64,000 nt of DNA from Thecamonas trahens ATCC 50062 (lineage: Eukaryota; Protista; Apusomonadida): NCBI RefSeq assembly GCF_000142905.1, contig NW_013657635.1:1-64000 (forward strand), given 5' to 3'. Made by a program: the position numbers and the translations under genes. The notes beneath the pieces were generated by a model. That model was not told the origin of the DNA. It worked only from the letters and a program-made list of their open reading frames with translations, and did no database searches. Numbering within the stretch: position 1 is the stretch's first letter; each line of letters opens with the position of its first letter. Shown one piece after another: positions 55,165 through 64,000 of this stretch.

Positions 55165-56925
55165 TCAGGACAACAGACGCGAGACAGACTGCTGCTTCGT
55201 CTCGTTGATGGGGGGCAGCTCGGCGCCCATCGAGTACGACTTGTGGAAGGGCTGGTTGGGAGTGGGAGTGAGCTTGCCGCGGATGGGCGCGTCGGCGGAG
55301 GAGGCAGCGAGAGTGGCTCGGCCGGAGGCGATGTTGGAGGCCGATGCTGCGGTGCCGCGGCTGGACGACGGCATCTTGCGGGCGGCAGAGCGGAGCTGCT
55401 GCTCAGCAGATCGCTTGAGCTCGCGACGGGTGAGCGGGACGACGGCAGAGGCGGAGGCGGCGCGGCCGCCAAGGTCGGAGCGCGAGATAGCAAAGTCACG
55501 CCGCGACGAGTTGAACTCGTTGAGCGAGTCGTCCGAGTCAATCAGCTGCAGCGAGTCGTCCAACACGGTGCTGTCGATGCCACGCGGCGAGGTGGTCATG
55601 AGCGCTTCGTACTGGGCGTCGAACGAGTGGCGACTAGAGAGGCGCGAGGGAGAGCCAAGACGTGGCGATAAGGTGTTGCCCATGACCATGGAACCCATGA
55701 GCGAGTTGGAATACCCGCCCTGAGCCTGGATAACGGCCTGCTGCTGGGCGCGGGCAACGGCCGGGTGGTGGATGAGGTCGAGGAGGCGCTCCTCGACGAG
55801 TCCGAGGTAGGTCATGACGTTGGACTCGGCGATGCCCTGCTTGTACAGGTACTCGTCACCCTTGCCGATGGCGCCGGACTTTGCGCACAGCTCCGAGATG
55901 CCCTGCATGACCTGGTTGAACAGCTTCTTGAGCGCCATGTGGTCATGGAGGAGCTTCTCGCGGACAACCTCGGCCTGGTACAGCTTTGTCTCGAGCACCT
56001 TTGTCCGCTTGTGATCCGACTTGCCGAGGTAGTCTGCCGTTTGAATAGTGTTGAGCTGCTCGCGAAGAGCCTCGTTGGTCTGCTCGATCTCGGACTTGCG
56101 GGCGTGGAGCTCGTTGATGGCGTTGAGAAAGTGGTCCTGCGTCTCCTCAGCGGCGACAAACTTGGCGACAGCCTCGTCGAGGTCGTCGACGCACATGATG
56201 GTCTTGATGCGCTCGAGAGCACGATCAATGGTGTTCATGTGCGAGACGTCCTTCACGCCCTGCTTCCACTTGTGCAGCTCGAGCTGCTCCTTGACGGTCC
56301 CCTTGCCAACGCCGGACTGAGCGCCAGCCGCACGCGGCCCACCCGGCCCAGCGCCATCGACCTGCTCAGCGACGCGCATGTTGCGGTTGTAGATGTGCTC
56401 GCGCATCTTTTGATCCTTCTCGATGTACTCGCGGAGCATGGCGACCTCTGCCACCCACGACTGCTTCTCTGTGGCATACTGCTCCATCAACAGCCTGATG
56501 TCAGCATCACGAGCCTCGTTTGCAGCGAGAGCCGTCATAGCCTGTGCCTCGAGATGGCCGACCTTGTTCTTCAGGTTCTTCAAAGCCGTCTCTCTCTTCT
56601 CTGCCACTTCCTTAAGCGCCGAGTGATCCTTCTGCAGCACATCGAGTATGTTCTTGAGCGCATCACGTTCCTCTAACAGCTTATCAACTCTCCTTGTCAA
56701 TCGACCAACATTTCGTTCAGCTTCCATTGCCCGCTTGGAGGTAAAGACGCCCTTGTCCAGGCGATTCTTGGCCTCACTACGGACCTTGGCCAGCATGCCA
56801 CGGAACTCCTCCACCTTTTCCTCACTCTCTCGTCGACCAGCAACTGCCAAGTCGTACTTTCGTCGCATCTTGGACAGCGCATCCTCAAGACGGAGCACCT
56901 GAAGGTCGGCTGTCACTCGGGACAT
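55165..56925 (-). CDS. Outer dynein arm docking complex coiled-coil protein (ODAD1/CCDC114/CCDC63 or ODAD3 family)
   Basis: ALERIKTIMCVDDLDEAVAKFVAAEE..FLNAINEL and GIAESNVMTYLGLVEERL match the two conserved ODA-DC blocks. Confidence 0.75.
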   Translation of the reverse strand: MSRVTADLQVLRLEDALSKMRRKYDLAVAGRRESEEKVEEFRGMLAKVRSEAKNRLDKGVFTSKRAMEAERNVGRLTRRVDKLLEERDALKNILDVLQKDHSALKEVAEKRETALKNLKNKVGHLEAQAMTALAANEARDADIRLLMEQYATEKQSWVAEVAMLREYIEKDQKMREHIYNRNMRVAEQVDGAGPGGPRAAGAQSGVGKGTVKEQLELHKWKQGVKDVSHMNTIDRALERIKTIMCVDDLDEAVAKFVAAEETQDHFLNAINELHARKSEIEQTNEALREQLNTIQTADYLGKSDHKRTKVLETKLYQAEVVREKLLHDHMALKKLFNQVMQGISELCAKSGAIGKGDEYLYKQGIAESNVMTYLGLVEERLLDLIHHPAVARAQQQAVIQAQGGYSNSLMGSMVMGNTLSPRLGSPSRLSSRHSFDAQYEALMTTSPRGIDSTVLDDSLQLIDSDDSLNEFNSSRRDFAISRSDLGGRAASASAVVPLTRRELKRSAEQQLRSAARKMPSSSRGTAASASNIASGRATLAASSADAPIRGKLTPTPNQPFHKSYSMGAELPPINETKQQSVSRLLS

Positions 56926-57115
56926 GGTGTGTGTTTGGGGGGGGGGGGGGGGGGGGGAGGGGGAAGGGTAAAAGGTTGAAGCCCCCCCCCTTTTTATTGG
57001 CAACCCAACCTTTTGGGCAAACAAAAAAAAAAACGGGAATAAAAATGATAAGAACTAAAATTGGATGATAGAACACGTTCGAGGCCCCACCAGGGGAATT
57101 ACACGCCCAAAAAAT

Positions 57116-57240
57116 NNNNNNNNNNNNNNNNNNNNNNNNNNNNNNNNNNNNNNNNNNNNNNNNNNNNNNNNNNNNNNNNNNNNNNNNNNNNNNNNNNNNN
57201 NNNNNNNNNNNNNNNNNNNNNNNNNNNNNNNNNNNNNNNN
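57116..57240. other. Assembly gap
   Basis: Run of N. Confidence 1.
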
Positions 57241-57547
57241 GGAGCAAGAGTTGGGCTGATCGGTGGGGGTGGATCGGCGGAGGAGGATCTGTGGTGTGGT
57301 TGGAGTTGGGCGCGGTCGGGTGGTTGGTCGGGCTGTCGATTGGCGAGCGGACGGTTGTTGGCGGCAGGCGAGCGATGGGCGGCAAACGATGGCAAGCGGT
57401 TGATGTGAGTGGCGAGGAGCAAGAGTTGGGCTGATCGGTGGGGGTGGATCGGCGGAGGAGGATCTGTGGTGTGGTTGGAGTTGGGCGCGGTCGGGTGGTT
57501 GGTCGGGCTGTCGATTGGCGAGCGGACGGTTGTTGGCGGCAGGCGAG
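57241..57547. repeat. Direct duplication of about 130 bp (period about 175 bp) next to the gap
   Basis: ggagcaagagttgggctgatcggtgggg...gcggcaggcgag at 57241 and 57416. Confidence 0.8.
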
Positions 57548-57628
57548 GCGGGAGGTGGGCTGATCGGTGGGAGCTAGTTAGACAGTGGGCGGGTGGGTAG
57601 AGTGTACTTGGGGATCGCCAACAACTGG

Positions 57629-59375
57629 CTACATGGCCGATGCCGCACGGCGGGAGGACGATGATGATGAGGCCTTACGGATCTTCTTCACCTTGCGCTT
57701 CTTCGTCCGCTTGCCCTTGCTGCTGCTCTTCGGCGACAAGTTTGAGGCGCCGGCATCGCCATCGGCTTCGATGTCGTCGTCCGAGACAGAGTGTTCCATC
57801 GACGGCCGCCGCTGCCGCGGCGCGTACTTGGCCGTCCACGCGTGAAGCTTGTCCAGCTCGACATCGCCGACCGAGGGGCGGATGTGTGAGAGGCCCTGCT
57901 CAAAGGCGTCGAGGGTGATGGCTGGAACAACAAGCTCAGTCGGATCTTCCATCTCGAACAACGACATGGGGACGGCTCCGGTCTCGCTCGGGTCGCACGC
58001 GACGAGGCCGGTCGAGCCATCGTCCTTGGCTACCCGCTTAAAGTGGGTGGCGCGTACGGCGCGGCGGACCGGGACCATGAGCGTGTCGCGGACAAGATTG
58101 GCAATGTCCGACCCAGAAAAGCCCGCTGTCGCCATCACGACATCGCGCCACTGCTCCTCGGTCAGGGCCTCGGCCTCGTCGCCCATATGAATGCGGAGCA
58201 TAGCCCGTCGGACTTCCTCGTCCGGCAGCGGGATGTAGATGCGCTTGTCAAACCGCCGCAGAACAGCCGGATCGAGATCCATTGGCCGGTTGGTGGCCGC
58301 GAGGACAAGGACGCCCTCCGAGTCGCGAAGCTCCTGCATGCGGACAAGAACTCGTTCTTGACCCGCCGCGTCGCCGGCCGCTCGTCGTCCTTGCGCTTGC
58401 CGGCAAGCGAGTCAACCTCGTCGATAAACACAATGGCCGGCTTGGACTCGAGCGCCATCTTAAACAGCTCGCGGATGAGCTTCTCCGACTCGCCCTGCCA
58501 CTTGGAGATGATGTCGGCCGACGAGACCGACATGAACGTGGCATCAACCTCGGACGCCACAGCCTTGGCCAGGAACGATTTGCCTGTCCCAGGCGCGCCG
58601 TACAGCAGGATCCCCTTCCATGGCCGCCGCTTGGTATCGCCTGAGAACAGCTGCGGGAACTTTGCCGGCATGATAACCGCCTCCTCGATCGCCTGCTTGG
58701 CATCGGCAAGGCCGGCCACGTCGGACATCCGCACGTTGGGCTTCTCCACCATCACGATATCGCGCAGCTGCTGCCGCAGCCGCGACACGTACTCGTTGGC
58801 CGCCGACGCGCCAGCCACTGCCTCGCTTTGCTTCTTTGCCGACCGCGCCGCACCCGCAGCTGCCAAACTCTTTTTCAGCTCCTCTGCTCGGCCCATGAAC
58901 TCCGTCACCTTGCCGCGGACAGTAGCCTTGATGCTGGCGTTCTTTTCATCTGTCGATCCGACCGCCGCGTCCGGTCGCACCACCACAGCCCGCCCCCCAA
59001 CAATTCCCGCCCCCATCTCATCCCATCCAGCGCCAGCCCCATCCCGCCCACACCAAGATCACCACACCCCACACCTCGACGTTAGTCCCTTACATCCACA
59101 TCACACGACTCTGCTCTCCGCACGCCAACCAAACTGCAGCAATAATTCAATCATGCCCTACTTGCCCGACCATCAGTCGACGAGCCTGACAACGGGCCGA
59201 GCCAACTCCCGCCACTCACCACACAGCATCGACGACATACGCTTCAATCCTGTGAGCAAGGCAGTCAGTCCATGTACATAGGCATCCAGAGCACCTTTGC
59301 TATCCCCAGAACCATCCAACTCGACCCTCTTTGCAGGTGCTTGGCTCCGCGCTCGTAAAAGTCCGAGACAGGCAT
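57629..59375 (-). CDS. VPS4: VPS4-like AAA ATPase (MIT + AAA + Vps4_C); exons 59375-59241 and 58949-57629; frame breaks at about 59326 and 58346
   Basis: Intron GTATGT(59240)..GACTAAC..CAG(58950) gives [83 protein letters not shown]. Confidence 0.9.
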
Positions 59376-59667
59376 GCGTCGAGCGAGCGACAAGTGGTAC
59401 CGCGACTGCTGTGAGGCGACTGATGCGAGGCACGAACACGCGCGGCTCTCGATTTGGGTGTACGCAAGCTTACGATGAGTGCTCATGTACATGCGGATCA
59501 CCTTGCCAATCGGCACGATGTTCGCCACTCAAGATCAGCGCAGTAGAGGCGAAGAAATCTCGCTCTCGCAGGTAGCCGAGAGTAATAGCTCGCTCGCGCT
59601 CTCCGATCACAGGCTCAGCCTTTAGCCTCAGCGTCGGCCACGGCCTCCGCCCAAAGAAACACATACT

Positions 59668-60916
59668 TTACCATTCTTCCACACTCGCGAGCTCGGTGAC
59701 GCAAAGCGTGAGCATCGAGTTGTGGACAAAGCCGTAAAGGTACGCCGTTTCGCCATCACCGACCGATGAGACCAGCGAGAGCGCTGCATCGAGCCTCCTG
59801 GTATCGGTACAGTCTTGCGGGCGGACTGCAATGTGCAGAAAGCCCGAGGCGTCGACTACTATTATAAACGCCCCGTCGGCTGCCGCCGATGCGCCCTCAG
59901 CCGATACCTGACCGCCATCTTCACGTTGGTGATGCCCAAAGGCAGCGGCAAGGACGGGTCGAGCTTGATATTCAGCATATTTGACCCCGCGAGGAATGGC
60001 GCGCAGACCTTCTTGTGCGTCTCGGCATCGCTCTTCTGGCACTTGCGCGTGCAGTAGACTATGTCCTTGCACCGTGCACACCGCAAGTTCGATGGCTTCT
60101 TTCCACACACCGAGCACGACGCCAGAGGCTCATCGCCCGTCGGCCGCCCCAAGTCAACTGCACACACCGTGTCTGTCACGCTGCTGCCGCTGTCGATGCT
60201 GTCGGCTGCAGTTGTTGTCTTGACTTCGCTACTTGTCGAGGCCTCGGTCGCTGCCTCTGAAGGTAGGGCTGACCTCGCTGCGCTCACCTCGCCCGGCGCC
60301 ACAAACGACGGTGCCCACTCGCCGCTTACACCATCCATCATCTCTGCTCTCGTCTCCTCACTCACCAGCGCACCATTGGCTTGCAGCAGCCGCACCAACC
60401 CGAGGATGTTCTCTGCCGACGCGACCGTCGTCGACGGCCGCGAGAAAGACCGCAACACTGCGTCTTGGATCGCCTCGGCCTTGGCACCGTGCTCATCCTC
60501 ACTTGCTATGCTCAAGTACCGGACTAGAATCAGCGGAGCGTTGCCTTCCAGTCCGGGCCAAATCCGAACCGACACCAGCTCTACCGCCAAGCCGATCGAG
60601 TTGTCGGGCGTGTGGAAGAGGTGGAGGTAGAACGGGGCAGGTCTCATGGCCGATACCTTGGATGCCGCGTGCGGAAATCGCATCCGCCACGCTTCCATTC
60701 GCTCAAATCCTCCAGCTAACAAGATGTCAAGATACTTGAACTCAAACTTGAGCGTCTCCTTGCCCACCTCTGATGGCTTGCTGATCAATGTCCGCTCCGC
60801 GAGGGTAAACTCGTCCAAAAGGCTTGCGTCACTCTGCTCGCATCGACCTTCTTTCCGCTCGACGACCACCGCTCGAGCTCAATTCCGTCGACAACAGCTC
60901 TGTTGACCACAGCCAT
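59668..60916 (-). CDS. MYND zinc finger protein; frame breaks at about 60818 and 59920
   Basis: CSVC..CARC..YC...CQ..D..HKKVC. N- and C-terminal parts are recovered in adjacent frames. Confidence 0.75.
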
Positions 60917-61254
60917 TCTCACGACTTGCCACCTCCACAAGTGACCACACTCTAGCCTTCGGTCCTGGCGAGGTGGTGCGAGAGAGAGAGCGAGAGAGAG
61001 AGAGTGGTGCTCGACCAAGTGAGTGGCATGTCGCTGCCATTGATAAAGTGAATGTGATCCTGTATTGATTGTGCCGAACGCCGGTTGGTGGCCCGAGGCG
61101 GTCACGAACGAGTCGCGCCTCGAGCCAACCGACGGCTGACACGAGTGGCAGTGAGAGCACGACGGGGGAAGCAGAGCACAAGACGCCTGGAGCACACCTC
61201 GCTCACAACAGCTAATCGCGCGTGTGTGTGTGTGCGTGTGTGTAGAGCAAGGTT

Positions 61255-63660
61255 ATGACCTCCCCGTCACTCTACTTTGACTTGCATGACCCTCGGCCAC
61301 CATTCGCTACCGACTTTGAACCTGTGCCTCGACGACGACATGAACACGCTCATGAAGTAGGTGATGCAGCCCATACCCTACCTCATGCACCTCCGCCTAC
61401 CATTCAAAGTACTCTGAGTGGTGAAAATACTCGTATGGCTGATCATCTCATTCGTATGGCACCCATTCTTCGGTCGGATGCCTTCTCCCACAAACGTCTG
61501 ACAAACGAAGAAGCCGCTCGATGGCATCGTCCTGGGCAAGCTACTCCTCCAGCTCCAGGCCTTGTCCTCGATCCGCTCGTCTCACACTCGCCGGCCTCGT
61601 CTCTGTCAACCGCCTCGCATTCTACAGCTTCTGCTGCGTACTCGGTCGGGACAAAGGCTGTGACTCTGCCGCATGAACGCGAGCGCGCAGCGGCCCAGAT
61701 CGGCTCGCCTTCGGTTCTCAACGACAAGGTCAAGCCACACATGCGCGATACGGCATCTTTTGTCCGCAAGCGTAACGCAAGCTCGCCGTATCGTAAGCGT
61801 GCGCCCAAAGCTGTGCATCGCGTCCTCCATCCCCAGGACGTCCGTGTCCATGCAGACGCCGCTCGCGCCCGCACGGCAGACTCGCCCATGTCCGCCTACT
61901 CGGAGTCCGATCGCGCCGCCATCGTGGCCATTCAAGCTGCTCGTCAGGCAAAGGCATATGCGCTCCAAGTCGGCGTCATCTTTCGCGACGTAGAGACCGC
62001 CGCAGTCGCCGGCTCGGCCCTTGCCACCAACTTTCAGTCCGAGCTCAACTTTAAGGACGAGAAGGCCAAGGCCAAGGCCCACCGCGCCCGGTCCACCTCG
62101 CTGCGCTCTCTGGCGGGTCCGCTGGAGACAGCCTCTGTGGCCGATACTACTGCAGCTACTGGAGATGCCGCAGGTGCCGGCACGTCGCGAGTGGACGATG
62201 CCGCCCAGCCTCCGTCGGCCAAGCCGTCGCGTCCGTCGACCGACCGCCAGGTGCACCACGACGGGCCAGCGGTCGAGGCTAGCGAGCCCGGTTCGCCGGC
62301 CGTGCCCGAAGCTGACTATGCCTGTGAATCGGAGCTCTCGGCAGGCTCGGCGAGCTCGATCGCGCTGCGTGAGACTGTGGAGGAGCTCGGTGGCGATTCA
62401 GCGAGCTCCGATGTCGCGCCGCCAAGGCCGACAGTCACACCGCCGCCGCAGGTGCCCGCAGAGCCGCAAGCAGACACCGTCAGTACCAGCTCTGTGCCGC
62501 GGTTTGGCCGCCGCCGCCGCCACCGCCGCAGGCAGCGGTCGGCTGAACCAGCGCCGGCCGAGCCGGCGGTCTCTCCTCACGCAGCCGCGCCGCCGGCTCC
62601 CGCGGCAATCGAGCCCAGTCCGCCGCCCATTCTACGAGCACAGACCAAGGCCGACTACGCGCTCCGGCTGCTGCACCAAGCCTCGCAGTCCCATGATGGC
62701 GTCCACGTTCTCCTCTCCCTGGCGGTGGTGGCGGACAAGGTGTTCTTTGGCTTTGCACACGACGCGCGGGTTCGAACGCTGGCGCTCGCGCCGGGCCAGT
62801 GGGCGCCGATGCAGGAGAGGCCGGTTAAGGTTCGCAAGCTTGCCTCTCACGAGCGGACGGGAAACAACGCGGTGCCGACGATTGCGGCACTGGGCCAGCC
62901 GGAGCCGCTGGTGGTCACGGGCGCCTTTGACGGCTCGGTCCTCGCCTTTGGCCTCCGCTCGCGAACCAAGCGTCGGCTTGATGGCGCGACCGATGCCGTG
63001 CTGACGGTTGCGGTGGGCGCTGAGCTCATCGCCTCGGGTTCGGCCGACATGGGCGTCAACGTTTACACTGCGTCGTCAGGCGCGCCGCTCTGTCGGCTCA
63101 AGTCGCACACCTCGTACGTGCGGTCAGTAGCCATCGTCCACTCGCGGGTGATCTCGGTCTCGGACGAGTCGGGCGCTCAGCTGTGGGACGTGAGCACGCC
63201 GACGGCACCGTGGCTGGTGGCAGTCCTCCATGAGGACGGCTTTCCGCGCGCAGTCCAGGCCGTGGCGCTCGAGTCAGCCGAAATGGTCGCCCTTGTCTAC
63301 GCCAACGGCTCGGTCCGGATCTGGACGGTCGACACGCAGCTGGTAGTCCTCACGCTCCACCACACCGCACCGGTGGCCGACATGGCGTGGGACGCGGTCA
63401 CCGCGGCTGTCCTCACCACCGACGGCTCGCTGGTGCTGTGGGACGTTGCCGACGCCGTCGCCTCGCGGGCCTCCGAGTCGCCGTGGGCCACCAACAAGTA
63501 CTCGGGCGTGCTCGGGACGCTCACACTCCCGACTGGAACCGGCAAGCCGCAGGCTGTTGCTCTCGACGAGACCAGGTTTGTTGTCGCCACCGCCGAAGGC
63601 GCGCTGCTCATTGCGCCACGCCTCCGGGTCCCGCCATCAAGCCCGCCGCGCCCCGTCTAG
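61255..63660 (+). CDS. WD40-repeat protein with long low-complexity N-terminus
   Basis: VVTGAFDGSV, IASGSADMGVNVY, SHTSYVRSV..LWD, SVRIWT, DGSLVLWD. Confidence 0.8.
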   Translation: MTSPSLYFDLHDPRPPFATDFEPVPRRRHEHAHEVGDAAHTLPHAPPPTIQSTLSGENTRMADHLIRMAPILRSDAFSHKRLTNEEAARWHRPGQATPPAPGLVLDPLVSHSPASSLSTASHSTASAAYSVGTKAVTLPHERERAAAQIGSPSVLNDKVKPHMRDTASFVRKRNASSPYRKRAPKAVHRVLHPQDVRVHADAARARTADSPMSAYSESDRAAIVAIQAARQAKAYALQVGVIFRDVETAAVAGSALATNFQSELNFKDEKAKAKAHRARSTSLRSLAGPLETASVADTTAATGDAAGAGTSRVDDAAQPPSAKPSRPSTDRQVHHDGPAVEASEPGSPAVPEADYACESELSAGSASSIALRETVEELGGDSASSDVAPPRPTVTPPPQVPAEPQADTVSTSSVPRFGRRRRHRRRQRSAEPAPAEPAVSPHAAAPPAPAAIEPSPPPILRAQTKADYALRLLHQASQSHDGVHVLLSLAVVADKVFFGFAHDARVRTLALAPGQWAPMQERPVKVRKLASHERTGNNAVPTIAALGQPEPLVVTGAFDGSVLAFGLRSRTKRRLDGATDAVLTVAVGAELIASGSADMGVNVYTASSGAPLCRLKSHTSYVRSVAIVHSRVISVSDESGAQLWDVSTPTAPWLVAVLHEDGFPRAVQAVALESAEMVALVYANGSVRIWTVDTQLVVLTLHHTAPVADMAWDAVTAAVLTTDGSLVLWDVADAVASRASESPWATNKYSGVLGTLTLPTGTGKPQAVALDETRFVVATAEGALLIAPRLRVPPSSPPRPV

Positions 63661-64000
63661 TATCGCGAGGAGTAGACCCGGGTGGTGGTGCCCGGCGCGA
63701 GCGACGACCGCGAGAACTTGAGCAGAATCGACTCGAGCTTGGTCCCCTCGGGCGTGATCGGCTGGAGGTACGGCTCGAGCTGGGCACGAGTCCAGTGCTG
63801 CTGGGCGGTAAAGAGAGCATCGAACCGCGGCAGCGCCGCCTCGGGCAGGGTGTGCTCTTCAAACAGCCGGATCCGCGAGTTGCCTGCCGGCTTCAGCGCG
63901 TTTGTCATCGACACCGCCTCGCCGGGGCGGTCACCACCGCCGTGCCGTACAGCGTGGCGAGGTCGACCGCAGCATGAAAGTCGACCGGCACCGTGCTACG
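63657..64000 (-). CDS. DSCC1: Sister chromatid cohesion protein DCC1, C-terminal part (partial; frame break at about 63925)
   Basis: LPEAALPRFDALF..WT..QLEPYL..ILLKFSR..VYSSR matches the Dcc1 C-terminal winged helix. Confidence 0.8.

Noticed and set aside
56926-57547. AT-rich homopolymer stretch and duplication of about 130 bp flanking the gap as biological elements
   Set aside because: Adjacent to Ns and typical of low-quality contig ends; cannot be trusted without reads.
16074-58644. Long antisense or alternate-frame ORFs (e.g. 16074-17297, 28492-30216, 31352-33241, 42262-43434, 55765-56676)
   Set aside because: Shadow ORFs expected from high GC3 codon usage opposite well-supported genes.
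39997-59375. Calling GBE1, VPS4 and other broken genes pseudogenes
   Set aside because: No in-frame stops or motif decay. Every break is a single missing base, pointing to a systematic cause.
42301-64000. Cell-division gene cluster (TOP6A, kinesin-14, KEN-box protein, VPS4, DCC1)
   Set aside because: Interspersed with unrelated genes, and the category is broad enough to arise by chance.
1-64000. tRNA, rRNA, transposase or reverse transcriptase genes
   Set aside because: None recognised by eye; tRNAscan-SE, Infernal and a repeat-protein search would be needed to exclude them.

Overview
Chromosome end of a compact, GC-rich, intron-poor eukaryote. Gene content (outer dynein arm docking protein, histidine-kinase-like protein, topoisomerase VI A, glycogen branching enzyme) and style suggest a free-living flagellate such as an apusomonad; this is inference only. 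The window opens with a composite telomere, (CCTA)44 then (ACCCTA)9, followed by about 3.4 kb of gene-poor subtelomere and about 26 tightly packed protein genes: NEK-like kinase, F-box/importin-beta chimera, three degenerate Rab-like GTPases, a second F-box-like protein, patatin, ACADSB, kelch/coiled-coil, zincin, BRD7/9-like, F-BAR/PH, CAP-Gly-LRR-AIR9-like, LRR-multipass membrane protein, ETFA, GBE1, TOP6A/SPO11-3, kinesin-14, pseudo-histidine kinase, KEN-box coiled-coil, ODAD-like, VPS4-like, MYND, WD40 and partial DCC1. About 18 reading-frame breaks in 13 genes all have the same polarity (one base missing, mostly in short homopolymers). These are most likely assembly under-calls, but insertional editing or -1 recoding is testable. 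The best novelty candidates are the F-box grafted onto importin-beta HEAT repeats, a pseudo-Rab with three PFU-like repeats, a 127-bp motif array in the ETFA/GBE1 bidirectional promoter, a catalytically degenerate hybrid histidine kinase, and a dispersed hairpin-bounded repeat. Three N gaps are present. All homology calls come from motif recognition, not database searches.
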